Origin: an uncultured Chromatiales bacterium
GTDB taxonomy: Bacteria > Pseudomonadota > Gammaproteobacteria > SZUA-140
DNA length: 64,000 bases
NCBI GenBank assembly: GCA_964388175.1
Contig: CAYLYS010000004.1
Span: forward strand, 2,347-66,346
Reading direction: 5' to 3'
Below are positions 34,345-46,000 of the stretch, piece after piece. Both the position numbers and the translations under genes were made by a program. Under the pieces are notes generated by a model. The model searched no databases. It saw only the letters and a list, made by a program, of their open reading frames with translations, and was not told the origin of the DNA. Each line of letters starts with the position of its first letter. Position 1 is the stretch's first letter.

Positions 34345-35379
34345 TCAGAAGGATTGCGTCAAACGGACCAGATCGTCCAGACGCGTCCGGCCTTCGCCGC
34401 TGGCGATCGCATCGCGCGCGCGCACGATGCCTTCGCCCAGCGTCGCGCTCAGCCCGGCGGCATAGATGGCGGCGCCGGCATTGAGCGCAACGACGTCGCT
34501 CGCCGGACCGGGAACACCATCGAGCACCTGCAGCACGCGCTGCAGGCTCTCGCCCGGATCGCTCACTACCAGCGCCTCGATCGGCGCGGTGTCAAAGCCG
34601 AAGTCCTCCGGGCCCACTTCGTAGACCGTCAGTTCGCCAGCGCGCATTTCGGCAATGCGTGTCGCCCCACTGATGCTGATCTCATCCATGCCTTCGGCGG
34701 AATGCACGACCAGCACATGCCGGCTGCCGAGCCGGTCCATCACGCGCGCCACCGGTTGCAGCCAGCGCTCGGCGAACACGCCGATGACCTGGTTGGGCAC
34801 ATCGGCGGGATTGGTCAGCGGGCCAAGCAGATTGAACAGCGTACGCACGCCCATCTCACGGCGCGGCCCGATGGCGTGCTTCATCGCGCCATGATGCGCC
34901 GGCGCGAACATGAAACCGACGCCGACCTGATCGACACATGCCGCCACCTGCGCCGGCGTGAGATCGAGCCTGACGCCGGCCGCTTCGAGCAGATCGGCGC
35001 TGCCGCTGCGGCTGGAAACCGAGCGGTTGCCGTGTTTGGCCACGCGCCCGCCGGCGGCAGCGACGACGAACGCGCTGGCGGTGGAAATATTGAACGTGCG
35101 CGCACCGTCGCCGCCAGTGCCGCAGGTATCGACCAGATACTGCTTGTCGAGTTCGACGCGTACCGCCAGCTCGCGCATCAGGCGCGCCGCCGCGGTGATC
35201 TCATCGACAGTCTCACCCTTCATGCGCAGACCGATCAGGAAACCGCCGATCTGCGCCGGCGTCGCTTGCCCGGTCATCACCAGGCGCATTACCGCGCCCA
35301 TTTCGGTTTCGCTGAGATTACGGCCTTCGGTCAGCGCGCGGATGGCGGCCGTCATGTCCATGGCGATATCCGTACTCAT
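34345..35379 (-). CDS. trpD: Anthranilate phosphoribosyltransferase
   Basis: [27 protein letters not shown]...[23 protein letters not shown] overlap with trpG. Confidence 0.85.
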   Translation of the reverse strand: MSTDIAMDMTAAIRALTEGRNLSETEMGAVMRLVMTGQATPAQIGGFLIGLRMKGETVDEITAAARLMRELAVRVELDKQYLVDTCGTGGDGARTFNISTASAFVVAAAGGRVAKHGNRSVSSRSGSADLLEAAGVRLDLTPAQVAACVDQVGVGFMFAPAHHGAMKHAIGPRREMGVRTLFNLLGPLTNPADVPNQVIGVFAERWLQPVARVMDRLGSRHVLVVHSAEGMDEISISGATRIAEMRAGELTVYEVGPEDFGFDTAPIEALVVSDPGESLQRVLQVLDGVPGPASDVVALNAGAAIYAAGLSATLGEGIVRARDAIASGEGRTRLDDLVRLTQSF

Positions 35380-35972
35380 GCCCGCGTCCCCGCATCCGAG
35401 GTCAGGAAATTGCGCAGCAGCTGATGTCCGCACTGGGTCAGAATCGATTCGGGATGAAACTGCACGCCCTCGATCGCCAGCGTCCTGTGACGCACACCCA
35501 TGATCTCATCCACCGCGCCGGCTTCATCGACGGTCCAGGCGGTCAATTCGAGGCATGCGGGCAACGTCGCCGGCTCGATGACCAGCGAATGGTAACGCGT
35601 CGCCTCGAAGGGGATGGGCAGATCGCGGAACACGCCGGCGCCGCGATGATGGATCATCGAAGTCTTGCCGTGCATGAGCACGCGCGCATGACCGATGCGC
35701 GCGCCGAACACCTGACCGATGGACTGATGCCCCAGGCAGACGCCGAGGATCGGCACCCGTCCGCCCAGGCGGCGAATGAGCTCCATGGAAACGCCGGCAT
35801 CATCGGGCGTGCCCGGCCCCGGTGAGATCACCAGGTGAGACGGCGCCATGCGCTCGACGGTCTCGACGTCGGTGCGATCGTTGCGCAGCACTTCCACCTC
35901 CACGCCCAGCTCGCCGAAATACTGGACGAGGTTGTAGGTGAAGGAGTCGTAATTGTCGATCATCAAAAGCAT
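35376..35972 (-). CDS. trpG: Anthranilate synthase component II (glutamine amidotransferase)
   Basis: [19 protein letters not shown]...GVCLGHQ...HPES. Confidence 0.85.
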   Translation of the reverse strand: MLLMIDNYDSFTYNLVQYFGELGVEVEVLRNDRTDVETVERMAPSHLVISPGPGTPDDAGVSMELIRRLGGRVPILGVCLGHQSIGQVFGARIGHARVLMHGKTSMIHHRGAGVFRDLPIPFEATRYHSLVIEPATLPACLELTAWTVDEAGAVDEIMGVRHRTLAIEGVQFHPESILTQCGHQLLRNFLTSDAGTRA

Positions 35973-36069
35973 GGCTGAAAAGTAAGAACTCGACGGTGAA
36001 ATGTCAAAAAAAGGTTGAAAGAGCGCAGACCGGCCGACACCCCCGGCGCAAGCGCGCCGGCGCGCCCGC

Positions 36070-37557
36070 TCACAGACCGTCGCTGACCAGGGATACCGCC
36101 CTGAAAATCGCCCGCCCCTTGTTCATGGTTTCATCCCATTCCGACGCCGGCACCGAATCGGCGACGATACCGGCGCCGACCTGGATGCGCAGGCGGCCGT
36201 CCTTGATCACGGCGGTGCGGATGGCGATCGCGGTATCCATATTGCCATTCCAGCCGATGTAGCCCACTGCGCCGGCGTAAATGCCGCGCCGCGCCGGTTC
36301 GAGTTCGTCGATGATCTCCATCGCCCGCACCTTGGGCGCGCCGGAAACGGTGCCCGCCGGGAAGGTCGCGCGCAGGACGTCGATCGCGCCGAAGCCGGTG
36401 CGCAGCCGGCCGGTGACATTGGACACGATGTGCATGACGTGCGAATAACGCTCGATCGCCATGCGCTCGGTGAGCTGCACGGAGCCGGTCTGCGCGACGC
36501 GGCCGACGTCGTTGCGGCCGAGGTCGATCAGCATCAGATGCTCGGCGCGCTCCTTGGGATCGGCGAGCAGTTCCTGCTCCAGTTGCCGGTCCTGCGCGTC
36601 ATCGCCGCCGCGCGGGCGGGTACCGGCGATCGGGCGCACGGTGACCAGATTGTCCTCCAGCCGCACCAGGATCTCGGGCGAGGAACCGACGATATGGAAA
36701 TCGCCGAGATCGAGATAGTACATATAAGGCGAGGGATTCAGGCCGCGCAGGCCGCGATAGAGATCGAGCGGCGCGGCCTGGTAGGGAATGCTGAGGCGTT
36801 GCGACAGCACCACCTGCATGACGTCGCCGTCGACGATGTATTCCTTGATGCGATCGACCGCCGCCTCGAAGCGCTCGCGGCTGAATTCGGAGACGAAATC
36901 CTGCTCGCCGACGCGCGGCGGCCGGTCCGTGCCGGCGACACCGCGGCGGCGCGGCACCGCCTGATCAAGGCGCGCCTCCAGCGCATCGAGCGCCTGCTGT
37001 GCGCGGGCGCAGGCATCCCCGGCGCCCCCGGCATCGGCATCGACGTAAAGTACGATGTACAGTTTGCCGGCGAGATTATCGAACACCAGCACTCGCTCGC
37101 TCAGCATGAGCAGAATGTCCGGCGTATCGGCGGCGGGGGCATCCGCTTCGGCGAGCCGCGGCTCGATATAGCGCACGGTATCGTAGCCGAAATAACCGAC
37201 CAGGCCGCCGCTGAAACGCGGCAAGCCGTGCACGGGAGCGGCGCGGAAGCGCGCGCGGAACGCTTCGATCCAGGACAGCGGGTCCGCGGTTTCCTCTCGC
37301 TCGACTTCCTGCCCGTCCACCAGCAGCGAAACCACGCCGCCGCTGACCTTGATCACCTGGCGGCAGGGCAGGCCGATGATCGAATAGCGCCCCCACTTCT
37401 CGCCGCCCTGCACGGATTCGAACAGGTAGCTGTAGGGGCCTTCGGCCAGTTTGAGGTAGGTGCTGAGCGGCGTGTCGAGATCGGCGAGGACCTCGCGCAT
37501 GACAGGAATGTGGGTATAGCCGGCCTGGCTGAGCGCGGCGAACGCCTCAGGCGTCAT
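36070..37557 (-). CDS. trpE: Anthranilate synthase component I
   Basis: 495 aa with the chorismate-binding C-terminal domain (...[20 protein letters not shown]...). Confidence 0.85.
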   Translation of the reverse strand: MTPEAFAALSQAGYTHIPVMREVLADLDTPLSTYLKLAEGPYSYLFESVQGGEKWGRYSIIGLPCRQVIKVSGGVVSLLVDGQEVEREETADPLSWIEAFRARFRAAPVHGLPRFSGGLVGYFGYDTVRYIEPRLAEADAPAADTPDILLMLSERVLVFDNLAGKLYIVLYVDADAGGAGDACARAQQALDALEARLDQAVPRRRGVAGTDRPPRVGEQDFVSEFSRERFEAAVDRIKEYIVDGDVMQVVLSQRLSIPYQAAPLDLYRGLRGLNPSPYMYYLDLGDFHIVGSSPEILVRLEDNLVTVRPIAGTRPRGGDDAQDRQLEQELLADPKERAEHLMLIDLGRNDVGRVAQTGSVQLTERMAIERYSHVMHIVSNVTGRLRTGFGAIDVLRATFPAGTVSGAPKVRAMEIIDELEPARRGIYAGAVGYIGWNGNMDTAIAIRTAVIKDGRLRIQVGAGIVADSVPASEWDETMNKGRAIFRAVSLVSDGL

Positions 37558-38284
37558 TGCCGAGCTGCCGCGCGCGCGGCGACGCAGATGCGGTTGCCGC
37601 GAGCAGATCCTGCAGAGCCTCCAGCGTATCGATCACGACATCCGGATTCGCATCGCGGATGTCGTGGCCGTGATTGTAGCCGTAAGGAACGCAGACCACG
37701 GCAAACCCCGCCGCGCGTGCGGCGCGGACGTCGTTGATGGAATCACCGATCATCAGCGCATCTTCCGGCGCGACGCCGAAAAAACGCGCCGCATGCAGCA
37801 GCGGCTCGGGGTCCGGTTTCTGCCGCGTCAGCGTATCGCCGCTGATGACGATGTCGAAATCATCGAACATGCCGAGGGCCTGCAACAGCGGTTCGGTATA
37901 ACGCGCCGGCTTGTTGGTCACGCAGCCAACGCGGTAACCCGCCTGCTTGAGGAAGGCAAGCCCGGCAAGCACGCCGGGATAGGGACGGCTGAGCTCGCAG
38001 ACATTGCTTTCATAAGCCTGCAGAAAGATCGGATAGGCGCGCCGGAACAGCGCTTCGTCGGGTTCGCCGTCGAGACGATCGATCAGAGCGCGGCGCACCA
38101 GACGCTCGGCGCCGTTGCCGATCCATTGCCGTACGCTGGGTTCGCCCCGCTCGGGCATGTCCAGCTCGCGCATCATGACATCGACGGCATGGGCGAGATC
38201 GGGCACGGTGTCGACCAGCGTGCCATCGAGGTCGATGAGGATCAGTTCAGGGCGCGTCAGCGCCGTGGATGCGGCTTGGTTCAT
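37547..38284 (-). CDS. gph: Phosphoglycolate phosphatase (HAD superfamily)
   Basis: [13 protein letters not shown]...CVTNKP...[15 protein letters not shown]. Confidence 0.75.
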   Translation of the reverse strand: MNQAASTALTRPELILIDLDGTLVDTVPDLAHAVDVMMRELDMPERGEPSVRQWIGNGAERLVRRALIDRLDGEPDEALFRRAYPIFLQAYESNVCELSRPYPGVLAGLAFLKQAGYRVGCVTNKPARYTEPLLQALGMFDDFDIVISGDTLTRQKPDPEPLLHAARFFGVAPEDALMIGDSINDVRAARAAGFAVVCVPYGYNHGHDIRDANPDVVIDTLEALQDLLAATASASPRARQLGNDA

Positions 38285-38314
38285 GGGAAGGAATCCGTTG
38301 CGAAGAAGGCCGGA

Positions 38315-38989
38315 TCAGCGCTTGGCGCGCGCCAGTTCGGCGCGCATGGCGTCGATGGTGGCCTTGTAGTCGGGCGTGTTGAAAATGGCGGAACCGGCGA
38401 CGAAAGTATCGGCACCCGCTTCGGCAATCGCGCGGATGTTGTCGACCTTCACCCCGCCGTCTATTTCCAGGCGGATGTTGCGCCCGCTGTCGTCGATGAT
38501 GCGACGCGCCTCGCGCAGCTTGTCGAGTGCGGCGGGAATGAAACTCTGCCCGCCGAAACCGGGGTTCACCGACATCAGCAACACCATGTCGACCTTGTCG
38601 AGCACGTATTTCAGATAGTCGAGCGGCGTTGCCGGGTTGAACACCAGGCCGGACTTGCAGCCGTGATCGCGGATGAGCTGCAGGCTGCGATCGACGTGCT
38701 CGGAACCCTCGGGGTGGAAAGTGATGTAATTGGCGCCGGCCTTGGCGAAATCGGGAATGATGCGATCGACCGGCTTGACCATCAGGTGTACGTCGATCTC
38801 GGCCTTGATGCCGTGCTTGCGCAGCGCCTCGCACACCAGCGGACCGATGGTCAGGTTCGGCACATAGTGGTTATCCATCACATCGAAATGGATGATATCG
38901 GCACCCGCATCGAGCACGCGGGTGACTTCCTCGCCCAGGCGGGCGAAATCCGCCGACAGTATCGAAGGGGCGATGAAATACTCGTTCAT
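38315..38989 (-). CDS. rpe: Ribulose-phosphate 3-epimerase
   Basis: [17 protein letters not shown]...[17 protein letters not shown]... Confidence 0.85.
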   Translation of the reverse strand: MNEYFIAPSILSADFARLGEEVTRVLDAGADIIHFDVMDNHYVPNLTIGPLVCEALRKHGIKAEIDVHLMVKPVDRIIPDFAKAGANYITFHPEGSEHVDRSLQLIRDHGCKSGLVFNPATPLDYLKYVLDKVDMVLLMSVNPGFGGQSFIPAALDKLREARRIIDDSGRNIRLEIDGGVKVDNIRAIAEAGADTFVAGSAIFNTPDYKATIDAMRAELARAKR

Positions 38990-39167
38990 AGAAAACACCT
39001 CGATCAAAACACGGGAATGACCGACCAGGAGACAAATTTACCCGATCGGGCCTGAATTTTCACCGCCTGAATTCATTGCCTGATTCATTGGGGGGACACA
39101 GAAACGAGGAGGCGCCCTCCCCCGCACACGGGGAAAAGGCGCCTCGCTTTCGGATTCAGCAGGACGA

Positions 39168-40211
39168 TCAGGCGGATGCGCGCACCAGCCCGTACTTGAC
39201 TAGGGTCCGGCGCACCGCATAGGCGGCGATGCCGAACACCACTAGGGTGACGACGATATCGAACATCGAGGTCATCGGCACATGGTAGTAGGCCGGGTCG
39301 ACCGTACCGGAGATCCAGGTGTAACGCTCCAGCCACGTGCCGATGAGGATGAAGAAGGCCACCGTGGTGATGGTCACCGGATTGTGCCGGTTCTTGGTGA
39401 ACACCAGCGTCAACAGCGGTATGACGAACTTGAACGCCAGGAATGTCCACCAGATCGGGCCGAGGCCTTCACGCATCATATGGTCGTAACGCGCCATTTC
39501 CTCCGGCAGGCGTCCGTACCACATGATCAGGTACTGCGTGAAGTACAGATACGTCCACAGGATGGTCATGGCGAGCATGAACTGCGCCATGTAATTGAAG
39601 ATCTTGGTCTCGAACGGCTGCGTCAGACGGCCCGAGCGATAGATGAAGAACAGGAAAATGGTGAAGAACGCCAGGAACATATGGAAATTGCTCTGGAAAT
39701 GATATGCCCCGTAGCTGGCGCTGTGCCAGTTCGGCCACATGGTCATTTCGAAGTCCCAGGCCACCATCGAACCGTAAAAGAAGTACATGAACGGAATCAG
39801 CAGGGCGATATTGCGGAAACGCCGCTGCGCGCGATAGCTGGAATCGACCTCGCTCAGATACTGATAGCGGATGAACAGACCGCACAGGGCGACGACGAAG
39901 AGGAAGCCGACGATCTGGCGCGTCACCAGGAAGGTGTAGTTGTGCCAGCCCGGCAGGTGATGCTCGGGGTCATGGTCGTTCAGCTGACCGTACCACTGGA
40001 ACGTGCTGTCGCCGTTGGCGAGCAGAATGATCAGCAGAATGCCGGCGATCGGGAACAGCGCGGCAAAGGAACATGCCAGCTTGCGCACCTGGAAACGCCA
40101 CTGACCATTGCACAGATGCAGCACCGCCGACAACACGATCCCACCCAGGGCGATATAGAGCAGCATCAGGAAATTCGTCGTCAATACAGACCAGCTGCCA
40201 AAATTCTCCAT
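39168..40211 (-). CDS. actF: Alternative Complex III subunit ActF (polytopic membrane protein)
   Basis: 347 aa multi-TM protein in last position of the act operon. Confidence 0.65.
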   Translation of the reverse strand: MENFGSWSVLTTNFLMLLYIALGGIVLSAVLHLCNGQWRFQVRKLACSFAALFPIAGILLIILLANGDSTFQWYGQLNDHDPEHHLPGWHNYTFLVTRQIVGFLFVVALCGLFIRYQYLSEVDSSYRAQRRFRNIALLIPFMYFFYGSMVAWDFEMTMWPNWHSASYGAYHFQSNFHMFLAFFTIFLFFIYRSGRLTQPFETKIFNYMAQFMLAMTILWTYLYFTQYLIMWYGRLPEEMARYDHMMREGLGPIWWTFLAFKFVIPLLTLVFTKNRHNPVTITTVAFFILIGTWLERYTWISGTVDPAYYHVPMTSMFDIVVTLVVFGIAAYAVRRTLVKYGLVRASA

Positions 40212-40247
40212 CGCTCTTCTAGCCTCTCGTAAACGGTTATCGACTGG

Positions 40248-40817
40248 TCACTGCGCCCTGGCGGCGGTTCTGACCGCGGACTCGGCATCCTGTACCAGTC
40301 CGTTACGCATATAGTTGACGATATGCCAGCGCTCATCGCTGGCCAGGTCGTTGCTGCCGCGCTGGTCGGCACGATTCTGCGGCGCCCCGTAGGCCGGCAT
40401 CAGGAAACTGCCGAAGGTAATGGTGCCGTACAGCCAGCCTTCGGTCAGCGTCTTCTGGATACGATCGTCGAGCAGCGGCGGCGCGCCGATCTTGCCGGAG
40501 ACGGGAGAATCCCCCGCGCCGGTGAGACCGTGACAGGCGGCGCAGTAGATCTTGAACAGCGTACGGCCCTGATCGATCGAAGCGGCACTGGCCGGAATCG
40601 GGTTGCTCAGCGTATCGGCCTCTTCACGGCTCGCGACGACGGTCGGCAGACCGTCGAGGGGCACGGACCGCTTCGGAAACGGATACATCTCCAGCCGGTC
40701 CGCCGACACCGGTGCCTGCGGTTCGATGGCGGGCTGATCGACCATATCGGTCGACCAGGGCCAGGCCCACGCCATAGCCGGGAAGAAAACCGCCAGTACT
40801 GCGAACCTGTACTTCAT
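40248..40817 (-). CDS. actE: Alternative Complex III monoheme cytochrome c subunit ActE
   Basis: Signal peptide and a single CAACH motif. Position after actD. Confidence 0.7.
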   Translation of the reverse strand: MKYRFAVLAVFFPAMAWAWPWSTDMVDQPAIEPQAPVSADRLEMYPFPKRSVPLDGLPTVVASREEADTLSNPIPASAASIDQGRTLFKIYCAACHGLTGAGDSPVSGKIGAPPLLDDRIQKTLTEGWLYGTITFGSFLMPAYGAPQNRADQRGSNDLASDERWHIVNYMRNGLVQDAESAVRTAARAQ

Positions 40818-41341
40818 GACTTGCCCTCTTCCCGGATTTCGAGCGCCTGATGCTCGTTGAACAGGCGCTTGATCGGTTCGATGTATTTCTCTTCCAGCTC
40901 GAGCTCGATGCCGACCTGATCGACGGTGACCTTCTCACTGTAGGGTTGCTTGCGTGGACGCAGCAGACGCGCCGTGATCAGCAGTCCTGCCAGCGTGAAC
41001 AGCACGCTGAACATGATCATGATCTCGTAAGTCAGCACGAAGTTCGACGGCAGCGCGACCACCGGCTTGCCGCCCTGCGGCTGCACCAGGAAGCTTGCCT
41101 GCGACGAAGCCAGGAACAGGAAGCCGAAAACCGTGCCGAAGATGGCGCCGCACAGGGTGAACTTGCGGATGTGGCTGGGACGGTCGCCCAGCAGTTCCAC
41201 CAGTTCCGGATGTTCGATCGGCGAGATCACCGTGACGTCGTCGACCGATACCCCCGGCACCTTGAAGCTGCGGATCTCCGAGATCACCGTCATGGCCTCG
41301 GAAAAATTGCTGTACAGGGCCAATATGCGCTTTTTCTTCAT
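40814..41341 (-). CDS. actD: Alternative Complex III subunit ActD
   Basis: 175 aa with a single TM segment. ATGA overlaps on both sides. Position between actC and actE. Confidence 0.6.
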   Translation of the reverse strand: MKKKRILALYSNFSEAMTVISEIRSFKVPGVSVDDVTVISPIEHPELVELLGDRPSHIRKFTLCGAIFGTVFGFLFLASSQASFLVQPQGGKPVVALPSNFVLTYEIMIMFSVLFTLAGLLITARLLRPRKQPYSEKVTVDQVGIELELEEKYIEPIKRLFNEHQALEIREEGKS

Positions 41342-41344
41342 GAC

Positions 41345-42796
41345 TCAGGCTCCCTCATATCCCGGTGGTGCATCCGGACGTCTGGCGGCAGTGCTGGCCG
41401 AGCGGCTATGCATGACCGATGCGAGATCCTTCTGCGCCAGATGTCGGCGATGCGCGATCATTTCCTTCACTTCGTACATGGAGACCGAGGGAATGACCTT
41501 GACGAAAACCAGGAACAGCAGACCGAACCAGCCGAAGCTGCCGAGCACGATCGCGAGCGAAGTCCAGGTCGGCCAGAACACATCGAAGGCAAACGGATGA
41601 TAGCCCTGGGCCAGGGTCGGCGACACGATCATCCAGCGCTCGAGCCACATGCCGTAGTTGAGCAGGATCGACACGATGAACATGATCGGAATGCTGCGGC
41701 GGAAGCGCTCGACCGCCAGCATGAACGGCAGCACCGAACCGCAGAACAGCATCTGCCAGAACCAGACCGCGTACGGGCCGGTGAACTTGTCGATCAGCAG
41801 TTCCTTGTCGACCGCGTTATGGCCGTACCACACCGAGGCGAACTCGATGTAGGTCAGGTAGCTCCACACCATGGCGATGGCGAAGGTGAGCTTGCACGTC
41901 TTCTCGAGAATCGGAATCGTCATGTACGCTTCGAAGCGGAAGTAGTAGCGCAGCAGCACGAACAGCGTGATGATGCCGGCGCAGCCCGAATAGAGGGCGC
42001 CCGCGACGAAGTAGGGCGGGAAGCTGGTGATGTGCCAGCCGGGCATGATCGACATGGCGAAGTCGGAGGCCACGATCGAGTGCACCGACACCGCCAGCGG
42101 AATCAGGAAGCACGCCATCACCAGATAGGCGACGCGGAAATTGCGCCACTGGCGGTCGTCGCCGCGCCAGCCGAGGGCGAGCACGGAATAGAGCTTCCTG
42201 CGCCAGCCGCGCGCCGTGTCGCGCACGATGGCGAGATCGGGAATCGAGCCCATGAACAGGAACAGCGAGGACGCCGTCAGATAGGTGGTGATGGCGAAGG
42301 CATCCCACAGCAGCGGCGAACGGAAATTGGGCCAGATGCCGCGATCGCTGAAATACGGCAGCACCCAGTACATGTTCCACAACCGACCGAGATGGATGAC
42401 GGGAAAGAGCATCGCCGTCATCAGGGTGAACGTGGTCATCGCCTCGGCGAAACGGTAGATCGGCTTGCGCCAGTCCGCATGGATGATATGCAGGATGGCG
42501 GACAGCAGCGTTCCGGAATGGCTCATGCCGATCCAGAAGATGAAGGTTGCGATGTAGAGGTTCCACATGTGCGGCCAGTTCTTGGCCACACCCATACCGG
42601 TCCGGTACTGGTGGATCTCGGCCGCCAGTCCTATGCCGAGCAGCCCGAGGCAGATGACGACGGAAACCCAGTACCCCATGCGCGGGTTTTCCATCGAACG
42701 AAGAACGTCTTCGTTGATTTTAGCCCAGCGGATATCTTCGTTGATATCCTTCTCCTGCTCCGGGGTCATAACGGCAGTGGTATTGGTATTGGTCAT
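41345..42796 (-). CDS. actC: Alternative Complex III quinol-interacting membrane subunit ActC (NrfD/PsrC family)
   Basis: 483 aa NrfD-like polytopic protein. Confidence 0.8.
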   Translation of the reverse strand: MTNTNTTAVMTPEQEKDINEDIRWAKINEDVLRSMENPRMGYWVSVVICLGLLGIGLAAEIHQYRTGMGVAKNWPHMWNLYIATFIFWIGMSHSGTLLSAILHIIHADWRKPIYRFAEAMTTFTLMTAMLFPVIHLGRLWNMYWVLPYFSDRGIWPNFRSPLLWDAFAITTYLTASSLFLFMGSIPDLAIVRDTARGWRRKLYSVLALGWRGDDRQWRNFRVAYLVMACFLIPLAVSVHSIVASDFAMSIMPGWHITSFPPYFVAGALYSGCAGIITLFVLLRYYFRFEAYMTIPILEKTCKLTFAIAMVWSYLTYIEFASVWYGHNAVDKELLIDKFTGPYAVWFWQMLFCGSVLPFMLAVERFRRSIPIMFIVSILLNYGMWLERWMIVSPTLAQGYHPFAFDVFWPTWTSLAIVLGSFGWFGLLFLVFVKVIPSVSMYEVKEMIAHRRHLAQKDLASVMHSRSASTAARRPDAPPGYEGA

Positions 42797-42838
42797 GGCA
42801 AGCTCGATTTTCCGCTGCTTGTATATGTTTTATCGGGT

Positions 42839-43711
42839 TCAGACTTCGCGAACCCGCTCCAGGAACAGCACGCAGGGATCGGTATTCAGGCCTTCGAATA
42901 CGCGGTAGCCGCGCAGCTCCGGATTCTGCTTGCGCTGGCGCGTCTTGCCGAGCTCGACCTGATGCGTCTTCCACAGCCGCGCCGCCTCGGTGTCACCGAC
43001 ACCGCCGCCCGGCGTATGGAGCGTGAGCAGATCGCCGAACACCACGGCGCCGGTCGCGCAGGTCTGCGCGCAGGCAACGTTGACCTCACCGTCGCGCACC
43101 TTGCGGTTTTCCATCGCCGCGCGATCCTTGACCACGCGGATGCGCTGCACGCAGAAGGTGCACTTTTCCATCACACCCTTGTCACGCACGCTGAGGTCCG
43201 GATTGAGCTGCATATGCAGCGGCGCCGGCCAGGAGCTCTCGTAGTAGGAGAAGAAATTGAAATAACGCAGGCGATAGGGGCAGTTGTTGGAGCAGTAGCG
43301 CGAGCCGATACAGCGGTTGTAGACCTGGGCATTGAGGCCGTCGGGCGTATGATAGGTCGCCGCCACCGGACACACCGGCTCGCAGGTCGCCGCATTGCAT
43401 TGCTGGCAGCACATCGGCAGGAAGCTGGCGCCGTAGTGCGGGTAATCGGCGACCTTCTCATCGCCGAGATCCGGCTCGTCCCAGTAGCGCTCGATGCGCA
43501 GCCAGCTCATGGCGTGGCCCTTGGAGGAACGCTCCTTGCCGACGACGGCCAGATTGTTCTCGGCGTAGCAGGAGGTCACGCAGGCGCCGCAGCCGGTGCA
43601 CTTGTTGAGATCGATGACCATGCCCCACATGTGCTCATACTTGTGGTGGCCACCCTGCTCGTGCCCCTTGCGGTAGTCGGACCAGTTCTCGATGATGTTC
43701 TGTAAGGACAT
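42839..43711 (-). CDS. actB2: Alternative Complex III iron-sulfur subunit ActB2
   Basis: Multiple 4Fe-4S cysteine clusters (CTGCGACVTSC; CCQQCNAATCEPVCP; CIGSRYCSNNCP; CTFCVQR...CAQTCATGA). Confidence 0.75.
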   Translation of the reverse strand: MSLQNIIENWSDYRKGHEQGGHHKYEHMWGMVIDLNKCTGCGACVTSCYAENNLAVVGKERSSKGHAMSWLRIERYWDEPDLGDEKVADYPHYGASFLPMCCQQCNAATCEPVCPVAATYHTPDGLNAQVYNRCIGSRYCSNNCPYRLRYFNFFSYYESSWPAPLHMQLNPDLSVRDKGVMEKCTFCVQRIRVVKDRAAMENRKVRDGEVNVACAQTCATGAVVFGDLLTLHTPGGGVGDTEAARLWKTHQVELGKTRQRKQNPELRGYRVFEGLNTDPCVLFLERVREV

Positions 43712-45948
43712 TACGCTCTCCTTCCTTCGGTGCGCTCGAACCGGTCGGCGGTGACGGTGACGACCAGCTTGCGCCCGACCTGTGTTTCGCTGCCGCCAAT
43801 GATGACCAGCTGATCCTCACCGGCACGCTTCTTGGTGTCGCGCACGAAGGCGGCGGAAACGCGGGTGGCGTGATGGGCGAGCTCGCCGGTCTTGGCGTCG
43901 CGCACATCGGCGAGAATGCTGAAGGGATTGACCCCGCGGTCCTTGGCGTAGCGTCCGTAGGCCTTGTGCCCCTGACCCACCGGCACGGCGATCGCATCGG
44001 GATGCATGCCCTTGTAGACGTAGACGCGCACGTCGATACTGCCCTGCTCGGAGCTGATCTTGAGCAGATCGCCGGTCTGCACACCGAGGCGGGAGGCCGT
44101 AACGGGGTGCATCTCGGCCCAGGAATCCCACACCACCTTGCTGATGGCGTCGGGCAGCTCCTGCAGCCAGGGGATATTGGCGTGGCGGCCGTCCCACAGA
44201 CTGGCATTGGCCGAAGGCAGCAGGAAGTACGAACCCGAAGCGATCGTCGGCTCGGCGACCTGGAACGATACCGGACGCGCCGGCAGCGCGGTCGACGGCG
44301 CGTCGCCGAGATCCAGCACGCCCTTCTGGCGCACCGCCGCCCAGAACGCGGAATCGCTCTGCGCCGCGCCGCGGAAACGCGCCGGCAGCGCGACGAAGGC
44401 ATGCGCCAGATAAGCGTAGTAGTCTTCGTAACCGGCGTAGTCCGCATCGCCGCGCAGCTTGAGCAGGCTCAGCACGAGATCGCCGAAACCGCGGGTTTCC
44501 GGGTAAAGCGGCTCCATCACCGGCTGTTGCACGGCGATGAACATACGCTCGGGCTGGGTGGCGGTCACGTGCGTGCCCCAGTCCTCGAGCGGCGAGTAGA
44601 GCGGCAGGATGAGATCGGCCTGCAGCGAGGTCTCGTCCTCGAAATGCGAGAAGGCGACCTTGAACGGCACCGCCGCCAGACGCTCCTGCACGCGCAACGC
44701 TTCGGGCGCGGTGAAAATCGGATTGGCGCCCTTGATGAAAACCACATCGAAACGCTTTTCTTCCAACCCCTGCACGAAATCCGTCAGAGCGCGGTTGCTG
44801 CCGGTACGCGCCCGCAGCTGCGGGAACGGCAGGCCCTCGCCGGAAACGATGGTACGGCCGACGTTGCCGAGGATGAGATTCAGCGTCATCGCGGCGGCAA
44901 CGCTGTCATAGCCGCGCTCGTGGCCCTCGGCCGAGGCACCGGCGAGCACCAGGCTCGGCGCGCGCTCGTGGAGCAGCTCGGCGATGCGCTTGATGTGCTC
45001 TTCGGAAGTGCCGGTGATCGCCGCGGCCTTGGCGGCATCGTAACTGCGGATCTGCGCCTGCACGTCGGCGGGCAGGAAGGAAATATCACGGCCATGGCTG
45101 CCGGCAAGCACATTGGCGATGGCGAGCGCGAGCACGCCTTCGGCGCCCGGGCGCACCGGCACCCACAGATCGGCATTGGCGCCGGTCATGGTCATCTTCG
45201 GCTCGGCGACCAGCAGCACGCCGCGCGGCGAACTGCGGAAATCGCCGTAGCGGCGGGAATTCGATACCGATCCGCCCCAGGTGCCGAGGAAATCGGCGCC
45301 AAAGGACAGCACGACGCTGGCCTTGTCGATCGCCAGGCGCGGATTTTCCTCGCCCAGCATGTCGCGGCATACCGCGCGCCACACCGACAGATTGATCGCT
45401 TCGTAGACGTAGTGATTCTCGGAGCCGATCGCCTCCATCAAGGCATCGACCAGCACCGCCTGGTGGCCGCTGACGGTATCGGTCAGCCAGGCGAAACGGC
45501 TGCCGTCGAGACCGGAGTCGGGGCCGACCTTCTCGCGCAGCAGGGTAAGCGCCTCGTCCCAGCTAATGTCGGCATAACCGTTACCGCGGCGCACGCGGGG
45601 GCGCGTGATGCGGTCGGGATTGTAGTGCGACTGCAGGCCCGCCTGCCCCATGGCGCACAGGCCACCCTTGTTCAGGGGAGAATCCGGGTTTCCTTCCAGC
45701 TTGATTACACGGCCTTCGCGGACACGCGCCTGCACACCGCAGGCCGAAGGGCACTGCTGGCAGGTGGTGGCATACGACACGCCGATACCGGGGATGACGT
45801 ATTCCTCCGGAGCGACATAGGAAACCACATGGTTGCGGCCTTCCCGCTGGGTTATGTAGCTGGGCCGGTCACAGGCGGCGACCGCGACGCCGGCGCCGGT
45901 CCATCCCATCACCTTGATGAATTCTCTGCGTTTCATTTTGAGACTCAT
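43711..45948 (-). CDS. actB1: Alternative Complex III molybdopterin-oxidoreductase-like subunit ActB1 (Tat signal)
   Basis: Twin-arginine motif KRREFIKVMGWTGAGVAVAA, an N-terminal Cys cluster (CQQCPSACG...C) and the length and architecture of a cofactor-less MopB-like domain. Confidence 0.75.
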   Translation of the reverse strand: MSLKMKRREFIKVMGWTGAGVAVAACDRPSYITQREGRNHVVSYVAPEEYVIPGIGVSYATTCQQCPSACGVQARVREGRVIKLEGNPDSPLNKGGLCAMGQAGLQSHYNPDRITRPRVRRGNGYADISWDEALTLLREKVGPDSGLDGSRFAWLTDTVSGHQAVLVDALMEAIGSENHYVYEAINLSVWRAVCRDMLGEENPRLAIDKASVVLSFGADFLGTWGGSVSNSRRYGDFRSSPRGVLLVAEPKMTMTGANADLWVPVRPGAEGVLALAIANVLAGSHGRDISFLPADVQAQIRSYDAAKAAAITGTSEEHIKRIAELLHERAPSLVLAGASAEGHERGYDSVAAAMTLNLILGNVGRTIVSGEGLPFPQLRARTGSNRALTDFVQGLEEKRFDVVFIKGANPIFTAPEALRVQERLAAVPFKVAFSHFEDETSLQADLILPLYSPLEDWGTHVTATQPERMFIAVQQPVMEPLYPETRGFGDLVLSLLKLRGDADYAGYEDYYAYLAHAFVALPARFRGAAQSDSAFWAAVRQKGVLDLGDAPSTALPARPVSFQVAEPTIASGSYFLLPSANASLWDGRHANIPWLQELPDAISKVVWDSWAEMHPVTASRLGVQTGDLLKISSEQGSIDVRVYVYKGMHPDAIAVPVGQGHKAYGRYAKDRGVNPFSILADVRDAKTGELAHHATRVSAAFVRDTKKRAGEDQLVIIGGSETQVGRKLVVTVTADRFERTEGRRA

Positions 45949-46000
45949 ATGGAAACCATCCCATTCCGGCTGCGCGTCATCGGTCCACTGCTGCGCGGCA

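Noticed and set aside
40850-43705. 951-aa plus-strand ORF, and many other long ORFs antisense to confident genes (43870..46083 +, 3351..4790 -, 4487..5599 -, 6034..7341 -, 12266..13783 +, 55627..57246 +, 2172..3290 -, etc.)
   Set aside because: They run antisense across strongly supported genes (ACIII, bat operon, undecaheme, his). They are Arg/Ala/Gly/Pro-rich with no domain signatures, the usual stop-codon-poor artefact of high-GC DNA.
42839-45948. ActB split into two ORFs, as a possible frameshift or pseudogene
   Set aside because: The junction is a clean single-base stop/start overlap with an in-frame ATG. ActB1 has a complete Tat signal and ActB2 a complete Fe-S domain. Separate B1/B2 genes are a known natural arrangement.
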